Positions 32,437 to 46,805 of a DNA stretch of 64,000 bases are shown here, piece by piece. The notes under the pieces were generated by a model. It saw only the letters and a program-made list of their open reading frames with translations. It searched no databases and was not told where the DNA came from. The position numbers were made by a program, and so were the translations under genes. Source of the DNA: the human T2T-CHM13v2.0 reference genome, Homo sapiens; assembly GCF_009914755.1 (NCBI RefSeq), contig NC_060941.1; one strand, given 5' to 3'. Numbering within the stretch: the stretch's first letter is position 1; the number at the start of each line of letters is the position of its first letter.

Positions 32437-34524
32437 CTAAGGAGACCAAAGCAGAAAACACAACTGAGGAAGCGAGAAGTCTCAGCTGGGCCACATCTTC
32501 TTAAGGCCACAGTGAATCTTAGTAGCAGGCATGGCCTCTGATTAGCATGCTCAAGATAAATTATTTATCTGGACTCTTGGTAAAGACACTGTGGCTTCTC
32601 TGAACAATTCTGGTGTTCTGTGACATCCCAAGAACAGGGACCACAGCCGTGTACCACCACACCTGGCTAATTTCTGTATTTTTGACAGAGATGGGGTTTC
32701 ACCATGTTGGCCAGGCTGGTCTCAAACTTCTGGCCTCGAGCAGTCCACCTGCCTCAGCCTCCAGAAGTGTTGGGATTACAGGTGTGAGCCATAGCACCTG
32801 GCCTGAATACATATCTTTATGGCCACCTTTACTATAAAACCAGTACATTTTCATCAAGATTTGGGAAGAGAAAAAAGTATAAAGGAAGAAATTTAGCAAA
32901 GTTCCATCACCTAAACATAACCATGCATTAACATTCTAGTGCTTTCTTTTTTCAATCTTTTCTTCCAAATGGTTCTGGCCTGAAGAGTTGCATCCCAGTT
33001 TTATCTTAAAGCTATTATCTCAAGCATTTTTATGGGCGATAACTCTCAATAAATATCTTTAAGACAGAGCCTTGCTCTGTTGCCCAGGCTGGAGTGCAGT
33101 GGCATGATGATGTCATCATAACTCACTGCAGCCTCAACCTTCTGGGCTCAAGAGATCCTCCCACTTCAGCTGCCCAACTGGCTAGGACTATAGGAGTAGA
33201 CCACCACACCCGAATAATTATTACTATTTTGTAGAGATGGGGATCTTGCTATGTTGCCCCGGCTAGCCTTGAATTCCTGAGCTCAAGCAATCCTCCCACC
33301 CTGGCCTCTCAAAGTGCTGGGATTACAGGCCTGAGCAACTGCACCCTGCCTGTCGGCCTGTCTTTGACATTTTACTATATATACTATGTACTACTGATAC
33401 ACATTAACTGTATGGTTAATTTATATAAGCTATATTGTCTCCAACTGTTGAAATTAAAAATACTGTACAGTATATGTGTGTGTATCCTTTACCCTTCAGA
33501 GCACTTATTACAACTGCATAGAAATAACTTATTATTCTGTATTTAGATGCTGAATGTCAGCCTTCCCCTGCTTGACCAAGAGGCTGTACCCGTTATCTCT
33601 CTCGTTCCCACTGCAGCCCTCACCAGCAACTCAAGGGTCTGGTATAGAGTCGGTGCTTAAAAAATATTTGTTGAGCTTTTCCTGTACTTAGTACTCCATG
33701 CTAATTTTCTGGAAATGGAATTACAAGGCTAATTTTCTGGAAATGAAATTACAGATTTCATTTTCATGAAATCTGATGCAAAATGCCAAACTGCTTTTAC
33801 TATACTCCAGCCACATCTATTTTTCAAAACATTTGCTAATTTGACACTCGTTTGGGCTATTACCACTTTAACATTCATATTCTCTGCACATGCACTAAAG
33901 TGATCTTCATTTGAATGAGATCTTTTGTTTACAAATGTTAACCTTTTGTTGACAATATTTTACAAGGTTTTATTGCTTCATTTGTTTGTAGTAAATTATG
34001 TACAAAAATGTAAATCTTAGTCAATTCATAATTCTTCTACATTTTATCCTTCAACTTTAAGCATACAAAGTCTTCTTCCCTTCCCAGAGGTTAAGAATTT
34101 ACCTCTATTTTCTTCCAAGTTTTGTTTTGTTCCCTACATTCTATTCTTTGTTAATACTGTTTTCTAAAAGGAATTCATCTTTCCACTGCACCGCAAAGCC
34201 GTTTCACTGGCTGAACATTTCCATACACACTAGAACTTGCACCATGTCATTTAGAGTAAAACGGCTCGTCTGCTTGCAGTGTATTTGGAAAATCACGTTT
34301 GTAATGAAAATGCTCATGGTCAGTGAAGCGCCCCTGCAGGTGTGCCTGACACAGGGACTCTCCTTGAGCCAATCTCCACCCTCGGGCATCACTCTGCCCA
34401 TGGAGTTCCTGTGGCAAGTGGGGCTTCCTTTGTTTTTCTGGGGTTTTTTGAGACAGGGTCTCATTCTGTTGTCCAGGCTGGAGCGCAGTGGCACAATGAT
34501 AGCTCAATGCAGCCTTGTGTTTAA

Positions 34525-35024
<500 letters not shown>

Positions 35025-36451
35025 TGATCCTCCCCCAACAGCTTACTGAATATTCTCTGTGCTGATGGGATCTATGTTGCCCAGGCTACTTTTTAAATTT
35101 GTTTTGAGACAGGGTCTTGCTCTGTTGCCCAGGCTGGTGTGGAGTGGTATGATCATGACTCACTCCAGCCTTAATCTCCCTGGCTCAAGTGATCCTCCCA
35201 CCTCAGCCTCCTGAGTAGCTGGGAATACAGGCACGTGCCATTAAACCTGGCTAGCTTTTGCATTTTTAGTAGAGACAGGGTTTTGCCCAGGTTGGTCTCG
35301 AACTCCTGGGATCCACTGATCTTCCCACATCGGCTTCCCAAAGTGTTGGAATTACAGACATGAGTCACAGTCCCAGGCCCAGGCTGCTTCCTAACTTCCT
35401 AGTCTGGGCTACAGTGACCACCAACTTTGCAATTATATCATGTATTTTACTGCCACTTCAATTCTAATGCTTCTAATTTCAGCTTCTATTTTCTTTAATG
35501 TGAAGAGAAATACAGATGTACGTAAATGACCAAAACCCCTGCAGACTGTGAAAGGCCCTGACTGCCTGTGTGTGGGGTTCAACTCTTCATTCTAAAGGGA
35601 GAGGAAGACGATCCATCAAAAACAGTCATCCAGGCCGGGCACGGTGGCTCATGCCTGTATCCCAGGACTCTGGGAGGTCAAGCTGAGCGAATCACTTGAG
35701 GTCAGGAGTTCCAGACCAGCCTGGCCAACATGGTGAAACCCCATCTCTACTAAAACTACAAAAATTAGCCGGGAGTGCTGGCGGGCACCTGTAATTACAG
35801 CTACTCAGGAGGCAGAGGCAGGAGAATCGCTTGAACCCAAGAGGCGGAGGCTGCATAGTGGCAGAGGCTGCAGTGAGCTGAGATGGCGCCACTGCACTCC
35901 AGCCTCAGTGACAGAGCGAGACTCTGTCTCAAAAAAAAAAAAAAAAAAAAAAAAAAGAAACAGTCATCAAGAGGGTCCACCCCACTTCAAATGATCACTG
36001 TGTTCTAATGAGGAAACTGCTCATGAATCCACTTAGTGAAACTGAATTCTTAACAGTTCTAGCAGAAAATTTCAAATACACACAAAGGTAACTTAGAGGG
36101 TAGTTCCTAATGGTTAACCTGTAACCACATAACCTTTATCATCCTCTCTCTGTATGTATATGTACGTGTGTATATATGTATGACTATGTACGTATGCATA
36201 TACACATATTTCTATTTCTGATCCATTTGAGTAAATTGCAGACATGATGTTCTTTTACCCCAAAATATGTCCATGTGTATTTCCAAAGAACAAAGACACT
36301 CTCTTACATAACCACAGCAGAATTACCCAAATCAGGAAATTAACATTGGTACAAACTACTCACATTTTCCCCGTTAAATGTGAGAACAGGCCGGGCACAG
36401 TGGCTCACGTCTGTAATCCCAGCACTTTGGGAGGCTGAGGCGGGTGGATCA

Positions 36452-36877
<426 letters not shown>

Positions 36878-37502
36878 CTAGGGATGCTGGGGCAGGAGGG
36901 TGGCTTGAATCCAGGAGCTCAAGCCTGCCCTGAACCATGATTGTGCCACTGTACTCCAGTCTGGGTAACAGAGTGAGACCCTGTCTCCAAAAAAAAAAGT
37001 TTGCTTGGCATTATAAAGGAAATAAAAGGAGTGCACACAGAAAGTTTGCTTGGCACACCTGTCACGACACCTGTAAGTGGTGCTGGTCTCATGAGTAGAA
37101 CAGATCTGTGAATGACAATTCTAATTTGTTGGGTCAGAATTTTCTCATTCATGTCTCCTCTTTCTCTATAGCCAATGTCAGCTGATGACCAGTTTAAGAA
37201 ATAACATTGGCCGGGCGCGGTGGCTCATGCCTGTAATCCCAGCACTTTGGGAGGCCGAGGCGGGCAGATCCTGAGGTCAGGAGATCGAAAGCATCCTGGC
37301 TAACACGGTGAAACCCCGTCTCTACTAAAAATACAAAAAAAATTAGCCGGGCGTGGTTCGGGCACCTATAATCCCAGCTACTAGGGAGGCTGAGGCAGGA
37401 GAATGGCGGGAACCCGGGAGGCAGAGCTTGCAGTGAGCCGAGATTGGAGATCGCACCACTGCACCCCAGCCTGGATGACAGAGCGAGACTCTGTCTCGAA
37501 AA

Positions 37503-37533
<31 letters not shown>

Positions 37534-37660
37534 TAACATCAACTAGAATAGTGCAAACTGCCTGCAAATTCCTTCCACTGTGGCCAACTTCCCAAGTGTG
37601 AGGAGGTCTGTGAGGAGCACCAAGACCAGCCACTTTGGCCTCCATCATTCTCATAAATAC

Positions 37661-37802
37661 CTTTCCAGTCAGTGGGGAGGAAATAATCCCATTGCCGATG
37701 TTCTTCTTGGAGTGATCTGGAATCACACTCGGGCGGCCGGGAAGGGAGGAGGAGCCTGTCCTGGAGATGAGGCCCTCGGGACTTTTCTTAGAGCCTGGAA
37801 TT
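37661..37802 (-). CDS. USP36: USP36 exon 13 (IPGSKKSPEG...SPLTGK)
   Basis: 142 nt; tttgacag| ... AAG|GTATTT. Confidence 0.95.
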
Positions 37803-38573
37803 CTGTCAAAGGAAGAAAACAAGTAGGGAATTCTCTTACTAGGCATTACAGAAACGGAGAGAATTAGAATAAGTTAAGGCGGGGCAAAGGCAGAAACACG
37901 GCCTGGGGAAACCCTGCCAGTCCTAACCACTTCTCTGGAATCTCCCTTTGCCTTTCAACCACAGTGAGGCTGAGAGATCAGCCCCAAGTATCTGCTGAAT
38001 ATAAGCAGAGCAAGGGCAAATTAGAGTCAGAATTCCTCCAAGATCAGAGTTCAATGCACCAGAAAGCAAGAACCTCAAACACCTCAGCCACACTCTGCAG
38101 AGACGTACAAAGCAGCAAAAATGCCTCAGCTGCCACGGTCTCCAGCCTCCAGGTCAGTGACAGCCAGCTCCAGGAGAAGGCCCCTCCAGAGAAGCTCTGC
38201 AGCAGCACCCCCACAAACACGTCCTTCCCAGCATATCCCTACAGGGGCAGCTTCCCCACACGGGAAGGGGCATTGGCTGGCTACCATCCAGGGAGCAGTA
38301 CCTCTAATTTGGGGCAATACTATAAATGGTGACTTTCCTGTTTACATTCAAAACAGCATCAATGTGAGGGCAGATGGGATCCTGTCCTGACCTTCCCAAG
38401 GCTCTGGCTTTACTAAAAAGTGTCCTTCCCTGTGGACGGTCTCTATGACACATGACAAATCCCTCCAGTGGAATTCCCAATTACCTTCAAACAAAAAAAG
38501 GTTAGGGAGGCCCACCGGTATAAGAAAAGAGCAGAGGGAGTGAGCTCATCTGGGGAGGGCGTGAGTTTATTAC

Positions 38574-38674
38574 CGCAGATAGAACAGCACGTAGGCCTGC
38601 TGGTTCAGAACCACCTTGACGTTGCTGGAATGGACCAAGGAATCATTCATCTGGTACCACTGTCCATTGCTTGC
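38574..38674 (-). CDS. USP36: USP36 exon 12 ([14 protein letters not shown]...AYVLFYLR), end of USP domain
   Basis: 101 nt; WYxxND and AYxLFY motifs; cttcag| ... CG|GTAATA. Confidence 0.96.
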
Positions 38675-39212
38675 CTGAAGCAGCCAAGGATGTTGCAGAA
38701 AACAAAACAATCAACAAGCATCCCATTATCCTCACTTTTTAAAAAGGGAATAAAAAATCTGTTAGTTGCTACATTTCCAAACACTATTAATAATCAACAG
38801 GTAACAACTTCTATTAAAACGTGTAATATTTTCATAACTCGGAATGTGACCCCAAAGTGTGCTCTGCGTCCCAGTTCCTTCCTAGTGCCCCAACAGATAG
38901 GAACTGTCCCTTCTAAAGGACATTCAGGCAGTGTCATCACCATGGCCGATTTTGCCAGGGTTCTAAGGATGGCACCAGAAGCGGCTGCCTCTTCCGTGTC
39001 TCCCTGCAAGTCTGAGAACACTAGATTCTGGTGCAACACTTCTGTAAAGGGCATCTTTTCACTCCACGCAGAGAGGCAACAACGAGGACTTGAATACAAC
39101 CACAAAACATCACACTTTTCACAAAGTAAGTGCTCTACAGAGGCCGCATCTGGATGTGCATGGGTGCTGAAACCTGTCCCAGGAGGCAGCTGCACTGACA
39201 CAAGCCTCTCAC

Positions 39213-39353
39213 CTTCACGTAGCAGTAATAGTGCCCGGCATGGCAGCTGTAGCCCGAGTGCACCAGGACAGCATAGAGTCCATACATGACAGGATCACCA
39301 TTATTCTGGGACATATACGGACGTATGTTGAGGAATTCCGGATAGCCTACATC
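39213..39353 (-). CDS. USP36: USP36 exon 11, His-box [24 protein letters not shown] (catalytic His382 codon at 39231-39233)
   Basis: 141 nt; caaacag| ... AAG|GTGAGA; canonical USP His-box. Confidence 0.97.
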
Positions 39354-40026
39354 CTGTTTGAAAAATCAAGGAAAAGACAAATAAAATTCACTTTGAGAGT
39401 AAAGATCAATTTGCCCTTTCCATCCACAACCACACAAAATGCCCAGCTTGTCTGGTCTTTAACAATTTGGGGGCCGGGCACAGTGGCTCACGCCTGTAAT
39501 CCCAGCACTTTGGGAGGCTGAGGCAGGGGGATCACCTCGAGGAGTTCGAGATCAGCCTGACCAATATAGCGAAACCCCACTTCTAATAAAAATACAAAAA
39601 ATTAGCTGGGCATGGTGGTGCACTGCCTGTAATCCCAGCTACTCAGGAGGCTGAGGAACAAGAATCACTTGAACCCGCGAGGCAGAGGTTGCAGTGAGCC
39701 GAGATCGAGCCACTGCACTCAGCCTGGGCGACAGAGCGAGACTGTCTCAAAACTGCCCCGCCACAAACAAGAAAAAGACAATTTGGGGCGAATGGGTGTG
39801 CAGCAACGCTGTGCAGGAGCTCCCCCAGGCAATGATTAAAAACCAAGATGCTGGCCAGGTGCGGTGGCTCACGCCTGTAATCCCAGCACTTTGGGAGGCC
39901 GAGGCGGGTAGATCACAAGGTCAAGAGATTGAGACCATCGTGGCCAAGATGGCGAAACCTTGTCTCTACTAAAAATACAAAAATTAGCCAGGCGTGGTGG
40001 CACGTGCCTGTAGTTCCAGCTACTCA

Positions 40027-40200
<174 letters not shown>

Positions 40201-40517
40201 CTATGGGAAACTTTATTGTCCCATCAAGCAATGCAGGATCTGTTCTTGTCTTTGTCAAGCATCTCCATTAGTTCTCTCACCACCTGGTTCCTAACGATCA
40301 AATGAGAAGGGTCACTCATTTTCTTTCCCTCCACTTTACAGGAACATTGTTGGTGGGAGAAAAGGGAGAGAATGCTGGGTTTTAGATCTTCAGAAATAAA
40401 AGTGCTGAATTAATATAGCCAACTGCTACCGCAAGTAAGACTTTTAATCAACTGGATCAGAAGAAAGGTCATGCTAAAATGTCTTCCCAAAACTGACCAA
40501 TTTTTCATAGAAAAAAA

Positions 40518-40822
40518 TACACGCACACATATACATAACATGCATACATATATGCATACATGCACGCATAAAATACATGCACACATATATACATACATGC
40601 ATACATACATCGTATACACACATGCACACATATATACATACACACACACATATGCATGCATACACATGTACGCATATACATACATGCACAACACATACAT
40701 GCACGCACACATGCATACGCACACATACACACACATATACACACATGCATGCACACACATATACATACACACACATATAATACGTGCACACACATATATA
40801 CATACATGCACACACATATATT
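40518..40822. repeat. (CATA)n/(CA)n low-complexity simple repeat
   Basis: About 300 bp of mixed CA, TA and CATG units. Confidence 0.95.
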
Positions 40823-40824
40823 CT

Positions 40825-40953
40825 TAGCAGTAATAGTGCCTGGCATGGCAGCTGTAGGCTGAGTGCACCAGGACAGCACAGAGCCCACATGACAGGATTG
40901 CCATTATTCTGGGTCATATACAGACGTGTGTTTAGGAACTCCGAAAAACATAC
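40825..40953 (-). pseudogene. Degenerate intronic copy (pseudo-exon) of USP36 exon 11
   Basis: Hand alignment to 39220-39350: 107/121 identical over the core, with a 2-nt deletion and TAC>TAA; same orientation; original splice sites absent. Confidence 0.92.
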
Positions 40954-41035
40954 GCATAATTTTTTTTTTTTTTTTTAAGAAACACAGTCTCGCTCTGTCA
41001 CCCAGGCTAGAGTGCAGTGGTACATTCATAGCTCA

Positions 41036-41590
<555 letters not shown>

Positions 41591-41789
41591 TAAACTGAGT
41601 TGTGGGATTTGTTGAAATGCATAGATCTTCAGTATATAGATCAAAGAGTTTTGACAAGTATATACTGATGGACATGCAGAACATCAACTAGAAAATTCCC
41701 ACATCCCAGTCATTGCCCCCATCTCAAATATTCACTGTTCTGATTTCTGTCACCATTAATTTTGCCTGTTCTTAAACGTCACATACCAT

Positions 41790-42113
41790 CAGTCATGTGC
41801 CACATAACATGTTTTGGTCAATGACAGACCACATATACAACAGCGATCCCATAAGATTATAATACTGCATTTTCACTGTACCTTCTCTATGTTTAGATAC
41901 ACAAATACTTCCCATTGTGTTGCAACTGCCTACAGTATTCAGGACAGGAACAGGCTGTGTAGGTTTGTGGCCTAGGAGCAATGGGCTATACCATACAGCT
42001 GGCTCCGTCATCTACGTCTGTGTAAATGCACTCTATGATGTTCACACAGTGACAGAATTGCCTGGTGACACATTTCTTAAAACATGCCCTTGTGGTTACA
42101 CGACACCTGAGTC
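41790..42113. mobile_element. Tigger3a/MER7A-like TcMar DNA transposon
   Basis: CAGTCATGTGCCACATAAC terminus; GGTTTGTGGCCTAGGAGCAATGGGCTATACCATA and CACTCTATGATGTTC internal motifs. Confidence 0.75.
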
Positions 42114-43467
42114 TACGACATTAAGAATCTGCAAACACATTTGAGAAATGCTGACCTAAGCAAGCCCCCACCACTACCAGTGAGGAAACGGAGGCTCAGC
42201 CAAGGGTGTCATTCCAAACCACATAACCAGGCTCTCAGAACAGAACTCTAGATTTTTATGAGATACAGACATCTACTGGGCACGGTGGCTCATGCCTGTT
42301 ATCCCAGCACTTTAGGAGGCTGAGGCAGGCGGATCACCTGAGCTCAGGAGTTCGAGACCAGCCTGGCCACCATGGCAAAACCCCATCTCTACTAAAAATA
42401 CAAAAATTAGCCAGGTGTGGTGGTGGGCGCCTTAATCCCAACTACTCTGGAGGCTGATGCAGGAGAATCACTTGAACCCAGAAGGTGGAGACAGCGCCAC
42501 TGCAATCCAGCCTGGGCATCAGAGCAAGACTCTGTCTCAAAAAAAAAAAAAAGAGAAAAAAGAAAAAAGAAACACATCTTCTATGAAAATGCCACTATAG
42601 GCCAGGTATGGTGGCTCACACCTGTAATCCCAGCACTGTGAGAGGTCAAGGCATGCAGGTCACTTGAGCCCAGGAGTTTGAGACCACCCTGGGCAACACA
42701 GCAAGATGCTGTCTCTACAAAAAACTTTTTAAAAAATTAACCAGGCATGGTGGCATGTGCCCACAGTCCCAGCTACTCAGGAGGCTAAGGCAGGGGGATC
42801 GCTTGAGCTTGGGAGGTCAAGACTGTAGTGAGCGCTGATTATGCCACTGCACTCCAGCCCAGGTGACAGAGTGAGACCCTGTCTTAAAACAAAATGAAAT
42901 TTAAACAATAAAATACCATCGTGTCAAAAGTAGTTTTTCTAAACTCCATATTTCATAAAAAGCCAGAGCATGCAACGGCACCTGTTCTAGACATCAAAAG
43001 GACATGGACAATGCAAGTCCCACCGCCCAGTGCTCATCACACTCATCTGGAGAACCCTGAAAGTCCCTGCCAGGACCAGCCCAAGCACAACCAGAAGCTG
43101 CGGTAAATCCATTAAGACAGTGGCCCTGGAACTTGACTGTGTATAACAAGCATTCAGGGATTTTGCAAAAATGCAGATTCCTGGGCCCTGTCCTCCAGAG
43201 ATTCAAATTCACTGGCACTGGGATAAACCCAGAAACGTCTATTTTTAAAAGGCGTCCCAGGTTGCTTCCCCTCTCTGTGACTGTCTTCCCGTCCTGGACA
43301 AGGGCGAAACTACAGTCCCTACTTCACAATATGTGTAGAACCTTTAGAACAGGGACAGGTACTGTGTAAACAGCAGCTATCAAACTCGTGGCTATCACTT
43401 TCTTCGTGTTATTCTGATGCCGACTGTGGCCCACGGAGCTGCCTGGGATGGTGTCACGAGCGCTCAC

Positions 43468-43579
43468 CTTGGTGATCTTCCCCCCGCTGAAGTTGGCAAA
43501 GCGCTTGAGGGAAAGGGTTAAGACGTTGGATGTTCTGTGGATGGTGAAGCGCTTGCTGGCTGGAACCTTCTTCTTGCAT
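43468..43579 (-). CDS. USP36: USP36 exon 10 ([37 protein letters not shown])
   Basis: 112 nt; USP LxLxLKRF motif; cttcatag| ... AAG|GTGAGC. Confidence 0.96.
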
Positions 43580-44424
43580 CTATGAAGAAGGTGATGAGAA
43601 AGATTAATGAATGATTGATTCGTGCTCTGAAAAATGTTGTCTTAACGCTAAGTTAATAACAGCAACAACTGCTCTGTAATAGTGGAATCTTCATCAATGA
43701 GATTTCGACCTTCTGCTCCTCTCAAAATCACATTAAGCATGCCTCAAGTAAAGGAAAGCTACCACAGGGAAATAAGACTACAGAAAGTGGGAAGATTCTA
43801 AAGCAAAAAAATAAAAGTACTGTACCCACCAGGAAACTAAATAAAATACAGGAAAAAGTTGCTTTGGGCCAACACAGGAAAGAGCAAATTAAAGCAGATG
43901 TGGCTGAGTGATAAAACGGGCAGGCAGGAAGTCAACGTAAGCAAAGCTAGAAGATGCGCAAACACAGGGAGAGAAAACAGAAGCAGAGGCGCGCAGCTTG
44001 GAGAGCTGCAGGAAACAGACCTAAAGAAGAGTAAAGCAGAATTAAGAATATATTCTTTAGTGCCTACAGCTTTACAAGGACCTAGATATAAAGATATTCA
44101 GCCGGCTGTAGTAGTGTGATCCCAGCACTTTGGGAGGCAAGGCAGGAAGATCACCTGAGTTCAGGAGTTCGAGACCAGCCTGGCCAACAAGGTGAAACCC
44201 TGTCACTACTAAAAATGCAACAAATGACAAAGTAAGAGTTCTATCTGCAGAAACGGAAAAATGTCCAAAACCAGTTAAGTAAAAAATGAAAGCCAAAGAA
44301 AACACTCCTTAAGAGGCAAGAGAGCAGCTGGTTGGGCACAGTCCCTGGGGCGGCCGCCCGGTGCCAGCCAGTGTGAACTGATGTGAGCTCGTGCTCTGCC
44401 ACGTCCTCTTGGTGTGGCCCCATG

Positions 44425-44576
44425 GCTGGTCACTTCACTTCTCTGTGCCTCAGTTTCACCATCCCTAGCAATGGGAAACCACAGCCCCTACTGCACAATA
44501 TATGCGGCATCTTTAGAACAGGTATGGTGTAAACTGTAGCTATAAAAATCATAGCTATTGCTTCATTCGTGTTATT
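44425..44576 (+). mobile_element. MIR-derived fragment (related copy at about 43265-43413)
   Basis: TCACTTCTCTGTGCCTCAGTTTCACCATC MIR core followed by CTTTAGAACAG. Confidence 0.6.
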
Positions 44577-44730
44577 TAGAAGTTTGAGTTTTTAGGACAC
44601 ACATAGGTTCCTCAAGAAATGCGAGCAGCGGTCACCGCTAAGGAAGAGTGGGTGGGCACAACACTGTCAGGTGAGGGGACTTATTTCCCGTCTGGTATCA
44701 GTCTTCTGCCACAAGCAACGTGAAACTTAC

Positions 44731-44813
44731 TTAGCACACATGTAGGCATTCTCTCCACTCAGGACATCTGCTTTCACAAAAAGTTCCAGAGCACGCACAA
44801 TATTCGCAGCTTG
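44731..44813 (-). CDS. USP36: USP36 exon 9 (QAANIVRALELFVKADVLSGENAYMCAK)
   Basis: 83 nt; tcctcag| ... AA|GTAAGT. Confidence 0.95.
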
Positions 44814-45791
44814 CTGAGGAGGACAAAAACAGGGAGTAAAATACACAGCAGAGGAAAAAGGCTGATTCAAGAAATGCCAAATTTAAGGTCTTTTTTAGGC
44901 TGAGGCAGCAAATCACAGAACTTAGACTCGCATAAAAATTTGCCCACTAGCTGCCAGATTGGGACTCCTTCTCCAGAGACAAGAAATGAAAGCAGCCAGG
45001 AACAGCGGCTCACGCCTATAATCCCAGCACCTTGGGAGGCCGGGGCAGGAGGATCATTGAGGCCAGGAGTTTGAGACAAGCCTGGGCAACATAGCAAGAC
45101 CCCTGTCTCTGCAAAGAAATTTAAAAAATTAGCCAGGCGTGGTGGTGCATGCCTGTAGTACCAGCTGTGTGGGAGGATCACTTAAGCCTAGAGGTCAACA
45201 CTACAGTGAGCTATGATTGCGCCACTGCACTCCTGCCTGGGCCACAGAGCAAGACCCTGTCCCTCAAGCCCCTATAAAAAAAAAGCAAAGCAAAGAAATG
45301 ACAGCTGCAGGTCTGCCATGAATCAGTCACTTTTATCAGGATGATCTTGTAGCTGGACCTGCTCTGGAGCTTGGGTTGGCCCAGCAAAGGCAGACCACCC
45401 TCCCGCACCCTGTAGCTGCAGCAGGATGTGCGACAAAGCCAAGGCTGCTCTCCCAGGTGAGGCCCACAGAGCCACCAAGCTCCAAAGGCTGCACGCCGCC
45501 CAGAGCACACAACAGACTCTCCTCAAGCCCTGGGGACAGCGTTGTTCCTGTTCATGCTTCAGGACACAAAACCCAATTTTACCATTTTTTTCTTTAAATA
45601 AAAGGATACGCTTAGGAAAAACTCTAGAAAAAAACAGGTAAAGACAATGGTCTGTACTGCAAGGCGGCAGGGAGCAAAGGAGTTTTCTCCCTATCTATTT
45701 TGATCTGATGCCTTTACTGTTCTGCGGGTTCTGTTTCACCCTCTGGCCTCGCTCTCCTACTGCAAAAGTGAAGGGCAGGACAGATCTGTAC

Positions 45792-45862
45792 CCGGATCTC
45801 CAGCGCGATGTCCAAGTAGGGGTCGTAGGTGTCCGAGACGCTCTTGCACACGGAGCACTTCA
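45792..45862 (-). CDS. USP36: USP36 exon 8 (VKCSVCKSVSDTYDPYLDIALEIR)
   Basis: 71 nt; CxxC of the USP fingers subdomain; tgttgcag| ... CGG|GTACAG. Confidence 0.96.
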
Positions 45863-46186
45863 CTGCAACAGAACAGAGGCAGTGGAGCAGGTGGGGCCTG
45901 GCAGAGGCACTCCCAGCTCCCAAGACCGAGACCCAGCAGGGAGGCAGACTCTCAGCAGGGCTTTGGCCAAAGATGAGATTCCCACTAGCCCCTGAAGCAT
46001 CCTGGTGTCCGAACAGAGAGCTCTCTTTCACCACTGAAGTTCACAAAGATGGATGTCAATATCTTTGCACTCACAGGGCCCTCCCTGCCTGGACTGCTGA
46101 CCACCACGTGCGGTACTCTCCTGCTGAGGGAGAGCAGAGGGAAGAGCTGCCTCCTCCCTGCACGCGTGCACGGCACTTCCTAATGA

Positions 46187-46475
<289 letters not shown>

Positions 46476-46737
46476 TGATCCTCCTGCCTCGGCCTCCCAA
46501 AGTGCTGGGATTACAGGCGTGAGCCACCACACCCAGCCCTCGTGGGAATATTCTAACAACTGCTCCAGTGGCCAGGCGGGCCAAGAGTCTCAGAGGAAAC
46601 CATGGCTCAAGACCTCAGAGACTGACCCAGGTCTGCACAGCGAAGAAAGAGCCCCAGCCTGCGTTCCAACTCTTAGGGTTTCCTGGGTTCATGTTCTAAT
46701 CCTGGCAAGAAGCAGTAGAACAAACGTCTCCACTTAC

Positions 46738-46805
46738 CGCGTGATCTGAGATACCCTCCAAAAATTTGATGGACCAAGGTAGTAGCCTGCGTTTGACGAT
46801 CCAAC
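46738..46805 (-). CDS. USP36: USP36 exon 7 (LDRQTQATTLVHQIFGGYLRSR)
   Basis: 68 nt; ttttcag| ... G|GTAAGT; too short for the ORF track, read directly. Confidence 0.95.

Noticed and set aside
33700-33753. 28-bp tandem duplication GCTAATTTTCTGGAAATGRAATTACA (similar micro-duplications near 35841-35877 and 61283-61311)
   Set aside because: Ordinary slippage duplications in intronic or repeat DNA with no functional cue.
38468-39289. 273-aa plus-strand ORF antisense to exons 11-12
   Set aside because: GTG start, partly a shadow of the coding exons, no recognisable domain and no promoter or poly(A) support.
40410-40917. Cys/Val/Tyr- and His/Thr-rich ORFs (also 22521-23236 and 61421-61747)
   Set aside because: Translations of (CA)n/(CATA)n simple repeats; only the [10 protein letters not shown] start is meaningful, as part of the pseudo-exon.
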